Shown in pieces: positions 12,713 to 22,606 of a stretch of 64,000 nt of DNA (the first letter of the stretch is position 1; each line of letters begins with the position of its first letter). The position numbers were made by a program, and so were the translations under genes. The notes under the pieces were generated by a model that saw only the letters and a program-made list of their open reading frames with translations, ran no database searches and was not told where the DNA came from. This DNA is from Ignavibacteriota bacterium (GTDB lineage: Bacteria > Bacteroidota > Ignavibacteria > UBA10030). The stretch spans positions 12,061-76,060 of the forward strand of contig CAVSHO010000012.1 of assembly GCA_963727825.1 (NCBI GenBank). Direction: 5' to 3'.

Positions 12713-13117
12713 TTACACAATCTGCTCCAATGTTGTGTTTTCAAGAAGCAAATTTAGATTGTGCTGCATTTTCCCAAGCGGTTTGCGAATCGTGCAGGCG
12801 TTAAAGATAGAACAATTCTCTCCATCTTTCGCGTAACATTCAGCAATCGTTGGCTTTTCTTCTTCAATTACACTTATTATTTGTGAGACCCGTAATTCAT
12901 TCGGTTTCTTCGCAAGCGAATACCCGCCGTGCATTCCTTGAGTTGAAATAACAACTCCGGCTTTAGTCAGTTTCTGTAAAATCTTCGCGAGCAGCTCATA
13001 CGAAATATCGAACTCCACTGCAATTTCTTTCGCAGTAAATACATGTCCTTTTGGGTTCATCGCCATATGCCGAAGAGCGATCAAACCATATTCCACTTTT
13101 TTTGAGAGTTGAAGCAT
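12713..13117 (-). CDS. Rrf2-family transcriptional regulator (IscR/SufR-like) heading the suf operon
   Basis: [10 protein letters not shown] and [10 protein letters not shown] motifs plus three C-terminal Cys. Confidence 0.9.
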   Translation of the reverse strand: MLQLSKKVEYGLIALRHMAMNPKGHVFTAKEIAVEFDISYELLAKILQKLTKAGVVISTQGMHGGYSLAKKPNELRVSQIISVIEEEKPTIAECYAKDGENCSIFNACTIRKPLGKMQHNLNLLLENTTLEQIV

Positions 13118-13119
13118 AA

Positions 13120-13180
13120 ATACGACTATTCCAGTCTTATATTACACTAAAAAATAAGAGTCCTTTTAATGACTCTTATT
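13120..13180. promoter_or_regulatory. Candidate Rrf2 operator: ATACGACTATTCCAGTCTTAT (13120-13140) plus a second inverted repeat at 13153-13180
   Basis: A GACT-N5-AGTC dyad like IscR type-1 sites abuts the regulator start codon. AATAAGAGTC-N8-GACTCTTATT lies next to it. Confidence 0.55.
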
Positions 13181-13277
13181 AATTAAATATCTTTTTCTTT
13201 TTCTATTTAATCAAGAACTAATAAAAATCTCTTCTATGACCTTTGAAGAGCAGACATTTATTTTTATCTTATCAGTT

Positions 13278-14213
13278 ATGGAAGCAATTCAAACACTTGA
13301 TCTTACAAAGCATTATCATTCCCGCGCATTCAATAGGAATAACATCCCTGCTCTCGAAAAAGTTTCCATTTCTGTTGAGCAAGGTGAAATATTTGGATTG
13401 CTTGGCCCAAACGGAGCCGGAAAAACCACATTCGTCAAGTGCATTCTTTCTATAGTACACCCGACATCAGGTACGGCAACTGTCCTTGGTTGCTCTTTGG
13501 GACAGAGAATATTGAAAGAGAGTTGCGGATATTTACCAGAAAATCACCGCTATCCTGGATTTCTAACAGCGGAAAATACATTGATTTTTTTCGGAAGATT
13601 GAACGGCTTGCCGGAATCGACTTTGAAAGAGAAAGCACATTCACTTCTCGATACAGTTGGATTGAAGGATTGGACAAAGGTCAAGACGAAAAAGTTTTCA
13701 AAAGGAATGCTGCAGAGGCTTGGTCTCGCACAAGCGCTAATTAACGACCCGAAAATATTGTTTTTGGATGAACCGACCGATGGTGTAGATCCTATTGGAC
13801 GGAAAGAAATTCGCGACCTACTTTTGAGTTTGAAAGCTCAAGGCACAACTGTTTTCCTAAACTCACACCTTCTTTCTGAAGTAGAAATGATCTGCGATCG
13901 TGTAGCGATTCTAAACAAAGGAAAAGTAGTTCGTCAAGGAACAATTGCTGAACTAACAGCACAAAAACTAATATATGTCATTCAGTTATCTTCTCCTCTC
14001 ACCGGAGAAATTCGGGCCCGATTACAACAGACAATCTTTCCCATCGAGTATAAAGACGCAAATCTAATTGTGTCATTGCATGATAAGCCCGAGCTTAATA
14101 CGATCATTGATATCCTCCGTGCAGGCGGAATTGGAATTGAAAGTATGAATCAGCAAAAGACGTCACTAGAGGATTACTTTATGCAGATTATGAAAGGAGA
14201 AAACGGACAGTGA
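13278..14213 (+). CDS. ABC-2 type transporter ATP-binding protein
   Basis: GPNGAGKTT, FSKGMLQR and LDEPT. Confidence 0.93.
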   Translation: MEAIQTLDLTKHYHSRAFNRNNIPALEKVSISVEQGEIFGLLGPNGAGKTTFVKCILSIVHPTSGTATVLGCSLGQRILKESCGYLPENHRYPGFLTAENTLIFFGRLNGLPESTLKEKAHSLLDTVGLKDWTKVKTKKFSKGMLQRLGLAQALINDPKILFLDEPTDGVDPIGRKEIRDLLLSLKAQGTTVFLNSHLLSEVEMICDRVAILNKGKVVRQGTIAELTAQKLIYVIQLSSPLTGEIRARLQQTIFPIEYKDANLIVSLHDKPELNTIIDILRAGGIGIESMNQQKTSLEDYFMQIMKGENGQ

Positions 14214-15049
14214 GGTTCTGGGGGATGTTTCGGTTTACAGTTGAAGAAGCAATGCGCAAAGGAACACTCATTTTCTATTTTACCGTCGCAACAATTATAT
14301 TACTGCTTTTAGCACTCGGCATTAGTCATCCGATGAACGATCGGGATATGGTTACTCTCTTTAGTATGCCGCTTGCTCGCTTATCTCAACAGGGATTAAA
14401 TGTTGTCGAATTTCTACTTATTCAATTGCATTCATTATCTATTTTTTGGATTATGATTTTCGGTATGTTCGGCGTTGCAGGACTAATTCCATCTATGCTT
14501 GAGAAAGGGACCGTCGATCTCTTTCTCAGTAAACCCCTTACGCGTACCGAATTACTTATGGCACGCGCGCTTGGCGCTGTTTCTGGTATTGCCATTAATC
14601 TTATCTATTTCTTTGTCGGCGTTTGGTTTATTTTTGGGTTGAAAGTGGGAGTATGGCACTGGGGATTTCTTTCATCTACTATTTATGTGGTCTATGCATT
14701 TGTATGTTTCTTTTCGGTAGTTACCATTGTCGGATTAATAACCCGGAGTGCCGGCTTTTCAATCATGCTGTCTTTTATTTTCACTCTCATTTCGTGGGGA
14801 CTTGAAGTAAGAGAAAACGGATTATATAGACTCTGGGATAATGTCGTTTATCACCGCTTGCTCGACGCACTTTATTATCTAACTCCACAAATGAATGCCA
14901 TGCTTGAAAATTCTACTCGTGTAATCGGCAAACTTCCTTATATTCCCAATGCACCTGATTTTACTTTTATGCCTTTCATATATTCGTTCTTCTCGACTTG
15001 CCTTCTCTATTTTCTTTCAATCTGGTATTTTTCCCGGCAGGATTATTAA
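14210..15049 (+). CDS. ABC-2 type transporter permease
   Basis: Multi-TM protein with EKGTVDLFLSKPLTR motif, overlapping the ATPase stop. Confidence 0.88.
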   Translation: MRFWGMFRFTVEEAMRKGTLIFYFTVATIILLLLALGISHPMNDRDMVTLFSMPLARLSQQGLNVVEFLLIQLHSLSIFWIMIFGMFGVAGLIPSMLEKGTVDLFLSKPLTRTELLMARALGAVSGIAINLIYFFVGVWFIFGLKVGVWHWGFLSSTIYVVYAFVCFFSVVTIVGLITRSAGFSIMLSFIFTLISWGLEVRENGLYRLWDNVVYHRLLDALYYLTPQMNAMLENSTRVIGKLPYIPNAPDFTFMPFIYSFFSTCLLYFLSIWYFSRQDY

Positions 15050-15125
15050 TCGCTCAACTTATTATTTTTTGGTCTACTTTATTTGAATGTGGCACGAATT
15101 CTATCTATTTTTCTCAAATTAGAAG

Positions 15126-16029
15126 ATGAGAGATATTCATCAGACTTTATTATCAAATATATTATTGGCTTCAAGGAACCTATACTTTAAGAATTTTAGA
15201 AGATTTTTTTCATTTATTCTTCAAGATTAGTCCGTATCTGTTAATAAGCATTGTTTTAAATGTATTAGCTATCCGATATTTTCGCGGCAAAAAAATTCAA
15301 TTCTCATCAAGAAACGAATATGTCGCTATCATTTCTGCTGCTATTGTCGGTTTGATTTCTCCTTTGCCCACGTACGCTGCAATCCCTATAGGGTTATCAT
15401 TAATGACATCCGGAGTTCCTTTTAGTGCAGTTATAGCATTTATTCTTTCTTCGCCTTTGATGAATCCGACTATATTTTTTCTCACAGCAACACAGATCAG
15501 TATGGAAATGGCGATTGCAAGAACCGTTACTGCTTTTATACTTGCTATTATTGGCGGATTACTTACAATCAAATTATTCAAACCTATCTATGATACAGAT
15601 ACACCATCGCCTTTTTTAAAGAAATCATCTAACAAATCACTATGGTCAGATATCTACGGTAACACAAAGTATATAGCGAAATATTTTTCTATTGCGATTT
15701 TTCTAAGCGCCGCTGTAAAGGCATTAGTTCCGCCTGAAATGATTACCCGCTTACTTTCAGGCAATGCTAAAATGAGTACATTAATCGCAATAGGCATGGG
15801 AGTTCCTTTCTATACCTGCGGCGGTTCCGCTATTCCATTTATTGAAACATTGATGGATTTGGGTATGAGTAAAGGCGCTACCCTGGCATTTTTCATTTCT
15901 GGACCAGCAACGAAACTGGAAACCTTGTATGCATATAAATCTTTACTGGGAACAAAAGTATTAATTTTTTACTTATCACTTACTTTTGTATACTCATACA
16001 TAGTTGGATTGTTGTATTCTTTTTTTTAA
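15126..16029 (+). CDS. Predicted permease (DUF318/ArsP-like), probably frameshifted near 15200
   Basis: AFILSSPLMNP, GVPFYTCGGSAIP and AFFISGPAT motifs. The frame of ORF 15352-16029 stays open upstream to about 15200, and an ATG at 15126 is in another frame. Confidence 0.7.
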
Positions 16030-16037
16030 AGGGAATA

Positions 16038-18179
16038 ATGACATCAATGAGAAAAATTGAGAATAAATCGCGGAAAATTTTTATTGCGCTTATTGCTTTA
16101 TCAATTTGGTTTTACTGGGATTTATCCCAAGCTCACAGTGCAATAACAACCATCTATAAATCGTTCTTTCTGGATTCAGAAATGAAAGCATCCTCCTCTT
16201 CATCTTCAACTGCTACGGTTGCGATTGTTCGCTCGAATGATCCTGTATTAGGAGCAGATACTTGTGGAGTAACATCTGAGAGCATAACATATCCGACGAT
16301 ATATAAAATGGTAAAACATGCTGTGGAACTTGTTTGCGGACCGACAGGATTGCGCACGATTATTAAGAGCGGAGATACAGTACTTATAAAACCGAATATC
16401 GTGCAGTGGGATTCCAGCGGAAGCGGCGGTGTGACAGATGTTCGTGTCGTGAAATCATTGGTGTATCTGATTGATTCCATCGATCACGGCCATATTAAAA
16501 TTATTGTTGGAGAAGGATCGCCAAGACCCTATACAACATTTGAAAAAATAGCTGCTCCAACGACAACACCTTGGGTTCAATTATTTGATGTACCCGGATA
16601 TCAACAATTAAAAACAGATGCGCAGAAATCTGGAATCGATTTTCGTATTTCTAATCTTAATGGAAATGATGATACAAATCCATGGCCGGAATTGGATACT
16701 GTGTCTGTACCGGGAGGGGGACAAGCACAACCACAAGGCGGCAAATATTTTGTTCATCGAGATGTGACACACGCAAGCGTATACATCGCTGTACCGGTGA
16801 TGAAAATTCATAAAGATGTACGTTATACAGGCGCTGTGAAAGATCAAATCGGATTAGCAGCAAGCTCACGTTATGGCTTTAGTAAAACGGCCGGTGTATC
16901 GCAAGATGGATATATTCATAAATTACTTCACACAAGTCAGATGGCAACAAATTGCCATAACTGGCAGGACAAAGAGATTGTGGATCTGGCTACAATAGCT
17001 AGGATTAAATTTGTCGTGATGGACGCTATTACCTGTTTGGATTCAACAAAAACCCCGAAATATGGTGGTAATTCCTCCACTCCAAACATTCCTAATATTA
17101 ATATTTCTAATCGCATAAAGATGAACACAATAATGGCGGGTTATGATCCCGTTGCAGTCGATAATGTTTGCTGCCGTGTTATGGAGATCAATCCAGACGA
17201 TATACGTTATCTCACTTTGGCAGAATGTGTGGGTTTGGGTACGAATAATTCGGACAACATTACAGTTGTCGGAGCAACGATCGACCAAACGAAGAGACAT
17301 TTCAGATATGTTCAGCCGTTTAGCACAACGAACACTTCTTCCTATGGGCAAAGCAATAGAACATGGTTGTTGAGTAATTATTATCTAACAAGCGGAATCA
17401 GCAATCCAATGGATAATCAATTTATTTCTAACGAAGCGACTTTAACGCCGTTAGCTGGGGCCAATGGTTGGAGTCAGCCGATTTATTTCATAGACGATCA
17501 AATATTACTAGGAGATTATTATCAATCTCTAGATTCAATAAGAAATAGCCAAGCAGGCGTAGGTTATGCATTCACATATTTTACCGTTCCTACAGCTCAG
17601 CAAGCCGAACTTTGGGTTGGCTCAGATGAATCTATAAAAATATATCTTAATGGCTCAATTGTTTATAATTACTCCGGTACACGATCTTTTACTGGAGATC
17701 AATTTTTTAATGATGATACCTGTATTATCAATCTTCAACAAGGCACCAACAAATTACTCGTCAAATCATATCAAAGCATTGGGAAATATTCATTCAGTCT
17801 TAATATCTGTGAAATCCAACCAAATCCTTTATATAAAGGCAATAGAGTAATGGGATTGAAGTTCACAACTACCGGGAATGCAACTGGCGTAAACGAGAAA
17901 AATGCTTCTACTATTTCATCATTCGAGTTAAAAAATAATTATCCCAATCCATTTAATCCGGCAACGATGATCACATTTTCTGTAGGGACGTATAGCTATA
18001 CGTCCCTACGGGTGTACGATATGTTAGGGCGGGAAGTGGCAACAATATTCTCAGGAAAATTGGCGGCAGGAAGTTACACAAAACAATGGAATGCCAGCGG
18101 AATGCCAAGCGGAGTGTACTTCTATAAGCTTACGGCGGGTAATTTCTCACAAGTAAAAAAAATGGTGCTAATGAAATAA
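16038..18179 (+). CDS. Secreted DUF362-domain protein with a C-terminal T9SS-type sorting domain
   Basis: Signal-like N-terminus; GDTVLIKPN, VPVMKIH and DPVAVD (DUF362); C-terminal NYPNPFNP..VYDMLGREV..SGVYFYKL..KKMVLMK. Confidence 0.8.
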   Translation: MTSMRKIENKSRKIFIALIALSIWFYWDLSQAHSAITTIYKSFFLDSEMKASSSSSSTATVAIVRSNDPVLGADTCGVTSESITYPTIYKMVKHAVELVCGPTGLRTIIKSGDTVLIKPNIVQWDSSGSGGVTDVRVVKSLVYLIDSIDHGHIKIIVGEGSPRPYTTFEKIAAPTTTPWVQLFDVPGYQQLKTDAQKSGIDFRISNLNGNDDTNPWPELDTVSVPGGGQAQPQGGKYFVHRDVTHASVYIAVPVMKIHKDVRYTGAVKDQIGLAASSRYGFSKTAGVSQDGYIHKLLHTSQMATNCHNWQDKEIVDLATIARIKFVVMDAITCLDSTKTPKYGGNSSTPNIPNINISNRIKMNTIMAGYDPVAVDNVCCRVMEINPDDIRYLTLAECVGLGTNNSDNITVVGATIDQTKRHFRYVQPFSTTNTSSYGQSNRTWLLSNYYLTSGISNPMDNQFISNEATLTPLAGANGWSQPIYFIDDQILLGDYYQSLDSIRNSQAGVGYAFTYFTVPTAQQAELWVGSDESIKIYLNGSIVYNYSGTRSFTGDQFFNDDTCIINLQQGTNKLLVKSYQSIGKYSFSLNICEIQPNPLYKGNRVMGLKFTTTGNATGVNEKNASTISSFELKNNYPNPFNPATMITFSVGTYSYTSLRVYDMLGREVATIFSGKLAAGSYTKQWNASGMPSGVYFYKLTAGNFSQVKKMVLMK
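17982..18009. repeat. Perfect 28-bp GTAG-ended palindrome inside the CDS
   Basis: GTAGGGACGTATAGCTATACGTCCCTAC equals its own reverse complement. Confidence 0.85.
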
Positions 18180-18289
18180 TTTCAAATGTAATAAAATTAT
18201 GACCGAGATTTTTCTAAGCGTGCTCAATCCACTAGTAGGTTTGAATATCATACGATTTCTGCCTACCTTTTTCCATCATTGAGGGTATT

Positions 18290-19409
18290 ATGAGAATTGG
18301 TATTACGTGTTATCCCACATACGGCGGCAGCGGCGTTGTCGCGACCGAACTTGGAAAAGCACTTGCCAGCCGCGGACATTCAATTCATTTCATCAGCTAT
18401 GCAATGCCAATGCGTTTGAGTGGATTTCAGGATAATATTGTCTATCACGAAGTGGAGATGGCAAATTACCCGTTCTTCGACTTTCCTCTTTACACGCTTG
18501 CTCTAAGCCAGTAAAATGGTTGAAGTGGCACGATATGAGAAATTGGATCTGCTGCATTGCCACTATGCGATTCCCCATGCCACAAGCGCATATTTGGCAA
18601 AACAGATCATGGGCGATCATATCAAAATCGTCACTACGTTGCATGGAACTGATATTACTCTCGTGGGATTAGAGCCGAGCTTCTTGCCGATCATGAAATT
18701 CAGCATTGAGCAGAGTGATGGTGTAACGGCTGTCTCCCGTTTTCTCAAAGAAAAGACCCTGACGAATTATGGGATCGATAAAGAGATCGAAGTCATTCCG
18801 AATTTCATCGATACAGCAAAATACAAACGACTGCAATCGGATACATTATGTTTGAAGTGTGGAACAGAAGGTGAAAAAGTGTTAATGCATACTTCAAACT
18901 TCCGTCCAGTGAAACGCGTGATGGATGTTATTCGAATTTTTAACGAAGTACAGAAAAAAGTACCAAGCAATCTTATATTGATTGGCGATGGCCCAGACCG
19001 TTCACAATGTGAAATGTTGTGCCGTGAATTTGGAATTCAGGAGAAAGTGCGTTTTCTCGGGAAACAAGTAGAGTTAGTGCCAATTCTTTCTACTGCTGAT
19101 CTTTTCTTAATGCCAAGTCAATCGGAAAGTTTTGGACTTTCCGCACTTGAAGCGATGGCATGCGAAGTACCGGTCATTTCCTCAAGTGTTGGCGGATTGC
19201 CCGAACTTCAAGTGCATGGCCAGACAGGATTTATTGCTGAGTTTGGCGACATTGACCGAATGGCTCGCTATGCAATTGATCTACTGACAAATTCATCTAA
19301 ACATAAACTATTTGCAGAAGCGGCACGCAAACGCGCAATCGAATTTGAATCTTCAAAAATTATCAGCCAGTATGAAAAGTACTACGAACAAGTTCTCGCA
19401 GTACAGTAA
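18290..19409 (+). CDS. bshA: N-acetyl-alpha-D-glucosaminyl L-malate synthase BshA, frameshifted near 18507
   Basis: MRIGITCYPTYGGSGVVATELG, HCHYAIPHA, TTLHGTDIT and ESFGLSALEAM. The two ORFs join when one A is removed. Confidence 0.92.
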
Positions 19410-19418
19410 ATTCAGTGG

Positions 19419-19451
19419 ACCTCTCCGACCCCTTTTAGGGATCGGAGAGGT
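19419..19451. terminator. Hairpin between the convergent bshA and pcrA genes
   Basis: ACCTCTCCGACCCC-TTTTA-GGGGATCGGAGAGGT stem. Confidence 0.6.
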
Positions 19452-19470
19452 AATCTTTTAAAAATCAGTT

Positions 19471-21696
19471 TTATGCAGGGCGAAGCCGCGCATACTTTAC
19501 AATCAAAGTTTTCGTTCCACAATTTTCAAATTGCACAATAGCTTTTTGCGCATCTCCTTTTCCAATGACAGTCGTTACGCGTCCACAACCAAATATTTCG
19601 TGCATTACAATTGCACCGCGTTTAACCTCAAATTTTTCTTGTGATTCCGATTCATAGTCCGGCATGGCATCACTGAAAAATACCGCTTCTTCACTCTTCT
19701 TCTGATGTGCCGCAAATGTGCGTTTATCAAATGCAAAGGATGATTCAGCCGTTCGCTGATGCTGGGCTTTCATACCGACACGCTCGATATTTTTCGTCCC
19801 TAATTCGGAAAGAAATCGAGATTCGCTTGGATAAGTGACATCACCAAATCGATATCGAAGGGCCGTATAAGTGATGTATAACTTTTGTTCTGCTCTTGTA
19901 ATCCCGACATAAAACAATCGCCGCTCTTCTTCTAAATCTGAAGATTCAATGGTGCTTGAATAAAACGGTAGAAGCCCTTCCTCCAATCCCGCGATCATCA
20001 CGACAGGAAATTCTAACCCTTTTGATGCATGCAGTGTCATCAAAGTAACAGCATTGTGCTCGCCTTCCCACGTGTCGATATCGGAAACGAGCGCTACTTC
20101 TTCAAGAAAAGATTCGAGCGTGCCGTCCGGTCTGTCGCTGCTGAATTCAGAAATTGCCGAGAGCAACTCTTGCACATTTTCCCACCGTCCCATCGATTCA
20201 GTCGTGCGTTCTTCTTTAAAGATTGATAGAATTCCTAATTCATCTACAAGAGAACGTGCCCATTCGCTCAACGTCATTTGCGGGCGTAGCGCCTGATACT
20301 TATCAATAATCGCTCTGAATTGTGACAAGCTATTCTTTGCCCGTTCCGTCAATTCTGTTACTGCATCAAGCCGTTTTAATGAATCAAACAGGGAAAGCGA
20401 ATGCTGCGACGCATATCTCTGCAAATGCTCGATTGTCACATCGCCTATTCCGCGTGCCGGATAATTAATGACACGCAATAGACTTATCTCATCAGTAGTA
20501 TTCGCAAGCAGACGCAAGTATGCAAGCACATCCTTAATTTCTTTGCGTTCGTAGAAGCGCGTCCCGCCGACAATTTCATATGGAATCGCATTTTTTCGAA
20601 AGGCTTCTTCCAATGCGCGCGATTGAGCGTTTGTTCGATACAGCACTGCAAAATCTTTCAGATCAAGTTTGCGCTTGTGACTTTCCTTCTGGATGGCACG
20701 GACAACCTGACTTCCCTCTTCACGGTCATCGGTACACTGTATAACCGTTACCGGTTCACCCGCCGGATTAGCAGTCCACAAATTTTTCTTTAACTGTTCT
20801 TTGTTGAAGTGAATTAGTTCATCTGCAACAGATATAATAGATTTTGTGGAGCGATAATTTTGTTCTAATCTAAAAAGCTGACAGTTAGGATAATCTTTTT
20901 GAAAATCCAAAATGTTGCGGATATCTGCGCCGCGGAAGGAATAAATGCTTTGGGCATCATCCCCAACCACTGCAATATTCTTAAACATATTGCCGAGCAA
21001 CCGGACAACTTGATATTGTGCGCGATTCGTATCTTGAAATTCATCTACTAAAATAAACTTGAAGCGATACTGATATTTTTCCAGTACTTCTTTCTTCTTT
21101 TCGAACAGCTCGATTGGTTTTACCAGAAGATCGTCAAAATCCATTGCGTTGCTGCGCTGAAGTGTTTTCTGATATTCTGAATACACCAGCGCTGCCTTTT
21201 CATCAAAAAGTTCATGCACTGTCTCTGTAAACTTACTTGGCGAGAGATATTGATTCTTCGCAATACTGATGCGAGAGCGAATTGCTAGAGGATTGAATTG
21301 CTGAGTCGGTAGATTCAATTTCTCCATTGCTTTTTTTATGGTACTGAGCGAATCATCAGAGTCGTAGATTGTGAACGACGGTGTGAACTTTAGATGAATG
21401 CATTCTTTACGGAGAATCCGTGCGAACATTGAATGAAATGTCCCCATCCAAAGACTGCCCGCATCGCTGCCCGCCAGTTTGATGATGCGTTTCTTCATCT
21501 CATTCGCCGCCTTATTAGTAAAGGTAAGCGCAAGAATTTGATGAGCTGGCACACCGCATTCCATCAGGTAAGCAATGCGGTATGTTAGAACGCGTGTTTT
21601 ACCGCTGCCTGCGCCGGCAATGATCATCACCGGGCCATTTGCAGCTTTAACAGCTTCTATTTGAACAGGATTAAGATCGTTGAGAAATTTCATCAC
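19471..21696 (-). CDS. pcrA: UvrD/PcrA ATP-dependent DNA helicase
   Basis: AGAGSGKT, VDEFQDTN, LEQNYRST, LHASKGLEF and EERRLFYVGITRA. Confidence 0.95.
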   Translation of the reverse strand: MMKFLNDLNPVQIEAVKAANGPVMIIAGAGSGKTRVLTYRIAYLMECGVPAHQILALTFTNKAANEMKKRIIKLAGSDAGSLWMGTFHSMFARILRKECIHLKFTPSFTIYDSDDSLSTIKKAMEKLNLPTQQFNPLAIRSRISIAKNQYLSPSKFTETVHELFDEKAALVYSEYQKTLQRSNAMDFDDLLVKPIELFEKKKEVLEKYQYRFKFILVDEFQDTNRAQYQVVRLLGNMFKNIAVVGDDAQSIYSFRGADIRNILDFQKDYPNCQLFRLEQNYRSTKSIISVADELIHFNKEQLKKNLWTANPAGEPVTVIQCTDDREEGSQVVRAIQKESHKRKLDLKDFAVLYRTNAQSRALEEAFRKNAIPYEIVGGTRFYERKEIKDVLAYLRLLANTTDEISLLRVINYPARGIGDVTIEHLQRYASQHSLSLFDSLKRLDAVTELTERAKNSLSQFRAIIDKYQALRPQMTLSEWARSLVDELGILSIFKEERTTESMGRWENVQELLSAISEFSSDRPDGTLESFLEEVALVSDIDTWEGEHNAVTLMTLHASKGLEFPVVMIAGLEEGLLPFYSSTIESSDLEEERRLFYVGITRAEQKLYITYTALRYRFGDVTYPSESRFLSELGTKNIERVGMKAQHQRTAESSFAFDKRTFAAHQKKSEEAVFFSDAMPDYESESQEKFEVKRGAIVMHEIFGCGRVTTVIGKGDAQKAIVQFENCGTKTLIVKYARLRPA

Positions 21697-21889
21697 ATAA
21701 TTAGTTTAATGAGATGAAATGGTAAGGAATATTTGCTCGGAGGGCAATTAGAAAAAAATGTTTTACAATAAAAAGAAAGAAGCATTGAAGAGACAGCTGA
21801 TAAAAAGCAATAAGTCATTAATCACGAAACCACAAGATCACTATATCAACCAATTTCAAATTCCTAATCACTAATTCAAAATTTAATAA

Positions 21890-22399
21890 TCACACCGGCA
21901 ATGCACCTTCGAGCCGCAGGAGAAATTCTTTTGTTTTCAATCCAGCCGCATAACCTACAAGTTTTGAATTCGATCCAATGACGCGATGACACGGTATAAC
22001 AATTGGAAGTGGATTAGCGCCGTTTGCCCTGCCCACTGCTTGAAATCCACGCTGAACACCGACACGCTCTGCAAGCTCCTTGTATGAAATCATTTTCCCA
22101 TATCGAATTCGTTTCAACTCTGACCAAACATGGCGTTGAAATTCAGTTCCTACCGGATCGAGCCGGCTGTGAAACTTTACAAGCCGCCGATCAAAATAGC
22201 GATTCAACTCATCTATAATCTGGCGATTCTTGGTTGATGTCTCGACGAGCTCGGCACCATCGAACTTCTTTTGCAACCATCCAAGAAAATCCTTTTTCGT
22301 CTGAGCTGGAATGCTAATTTTACACACACCTGATTTTGTTGAAGCAATGTGAATGATTCCAATTTTTGAATTGAATGACGAATAGTAGATTTTTTCCAT
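21890..22399 (-). CDS. ogt: Methylated-DNA-protein-cysteine methyltransferase
   Basis: PCHRV active-site motif. Confidence 0.93.
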   Translation of the reverse strand: MEKIYYSSFNSKIGIIHIASTKSGVCKISIPAQTKKDFLGWLQKKFDGAELVETSTKNRQIIDELNRYFDRRLVKFHSRLDPVGTEFQRHVWSELKRIRYGKMISYKELAERVGVQRGFQAVGRANGANPLPIVIPCHRVIGSNSKLVGYAAGLKTKEFLLRLEGALPV

Positions 22400-22606
22400 G
22401 TTCTCTCACAGTTTTATATACTCTGGTTCCCCTTCTAATCAAATTTCACCTTCATTCTTCCGAAAGCGAAACTGACTCGTTATTGAATTGTATTTCGAGA
22501 AATGATGCTGCACTAAAGCCGGAAAAAGTATAACTAAAAGGTATATGAAAGGCAAGCGCTCTCTGTCTTCTTTCGATTTCTTCTTGAGAATAATCCTTGA
22601 CATAAC

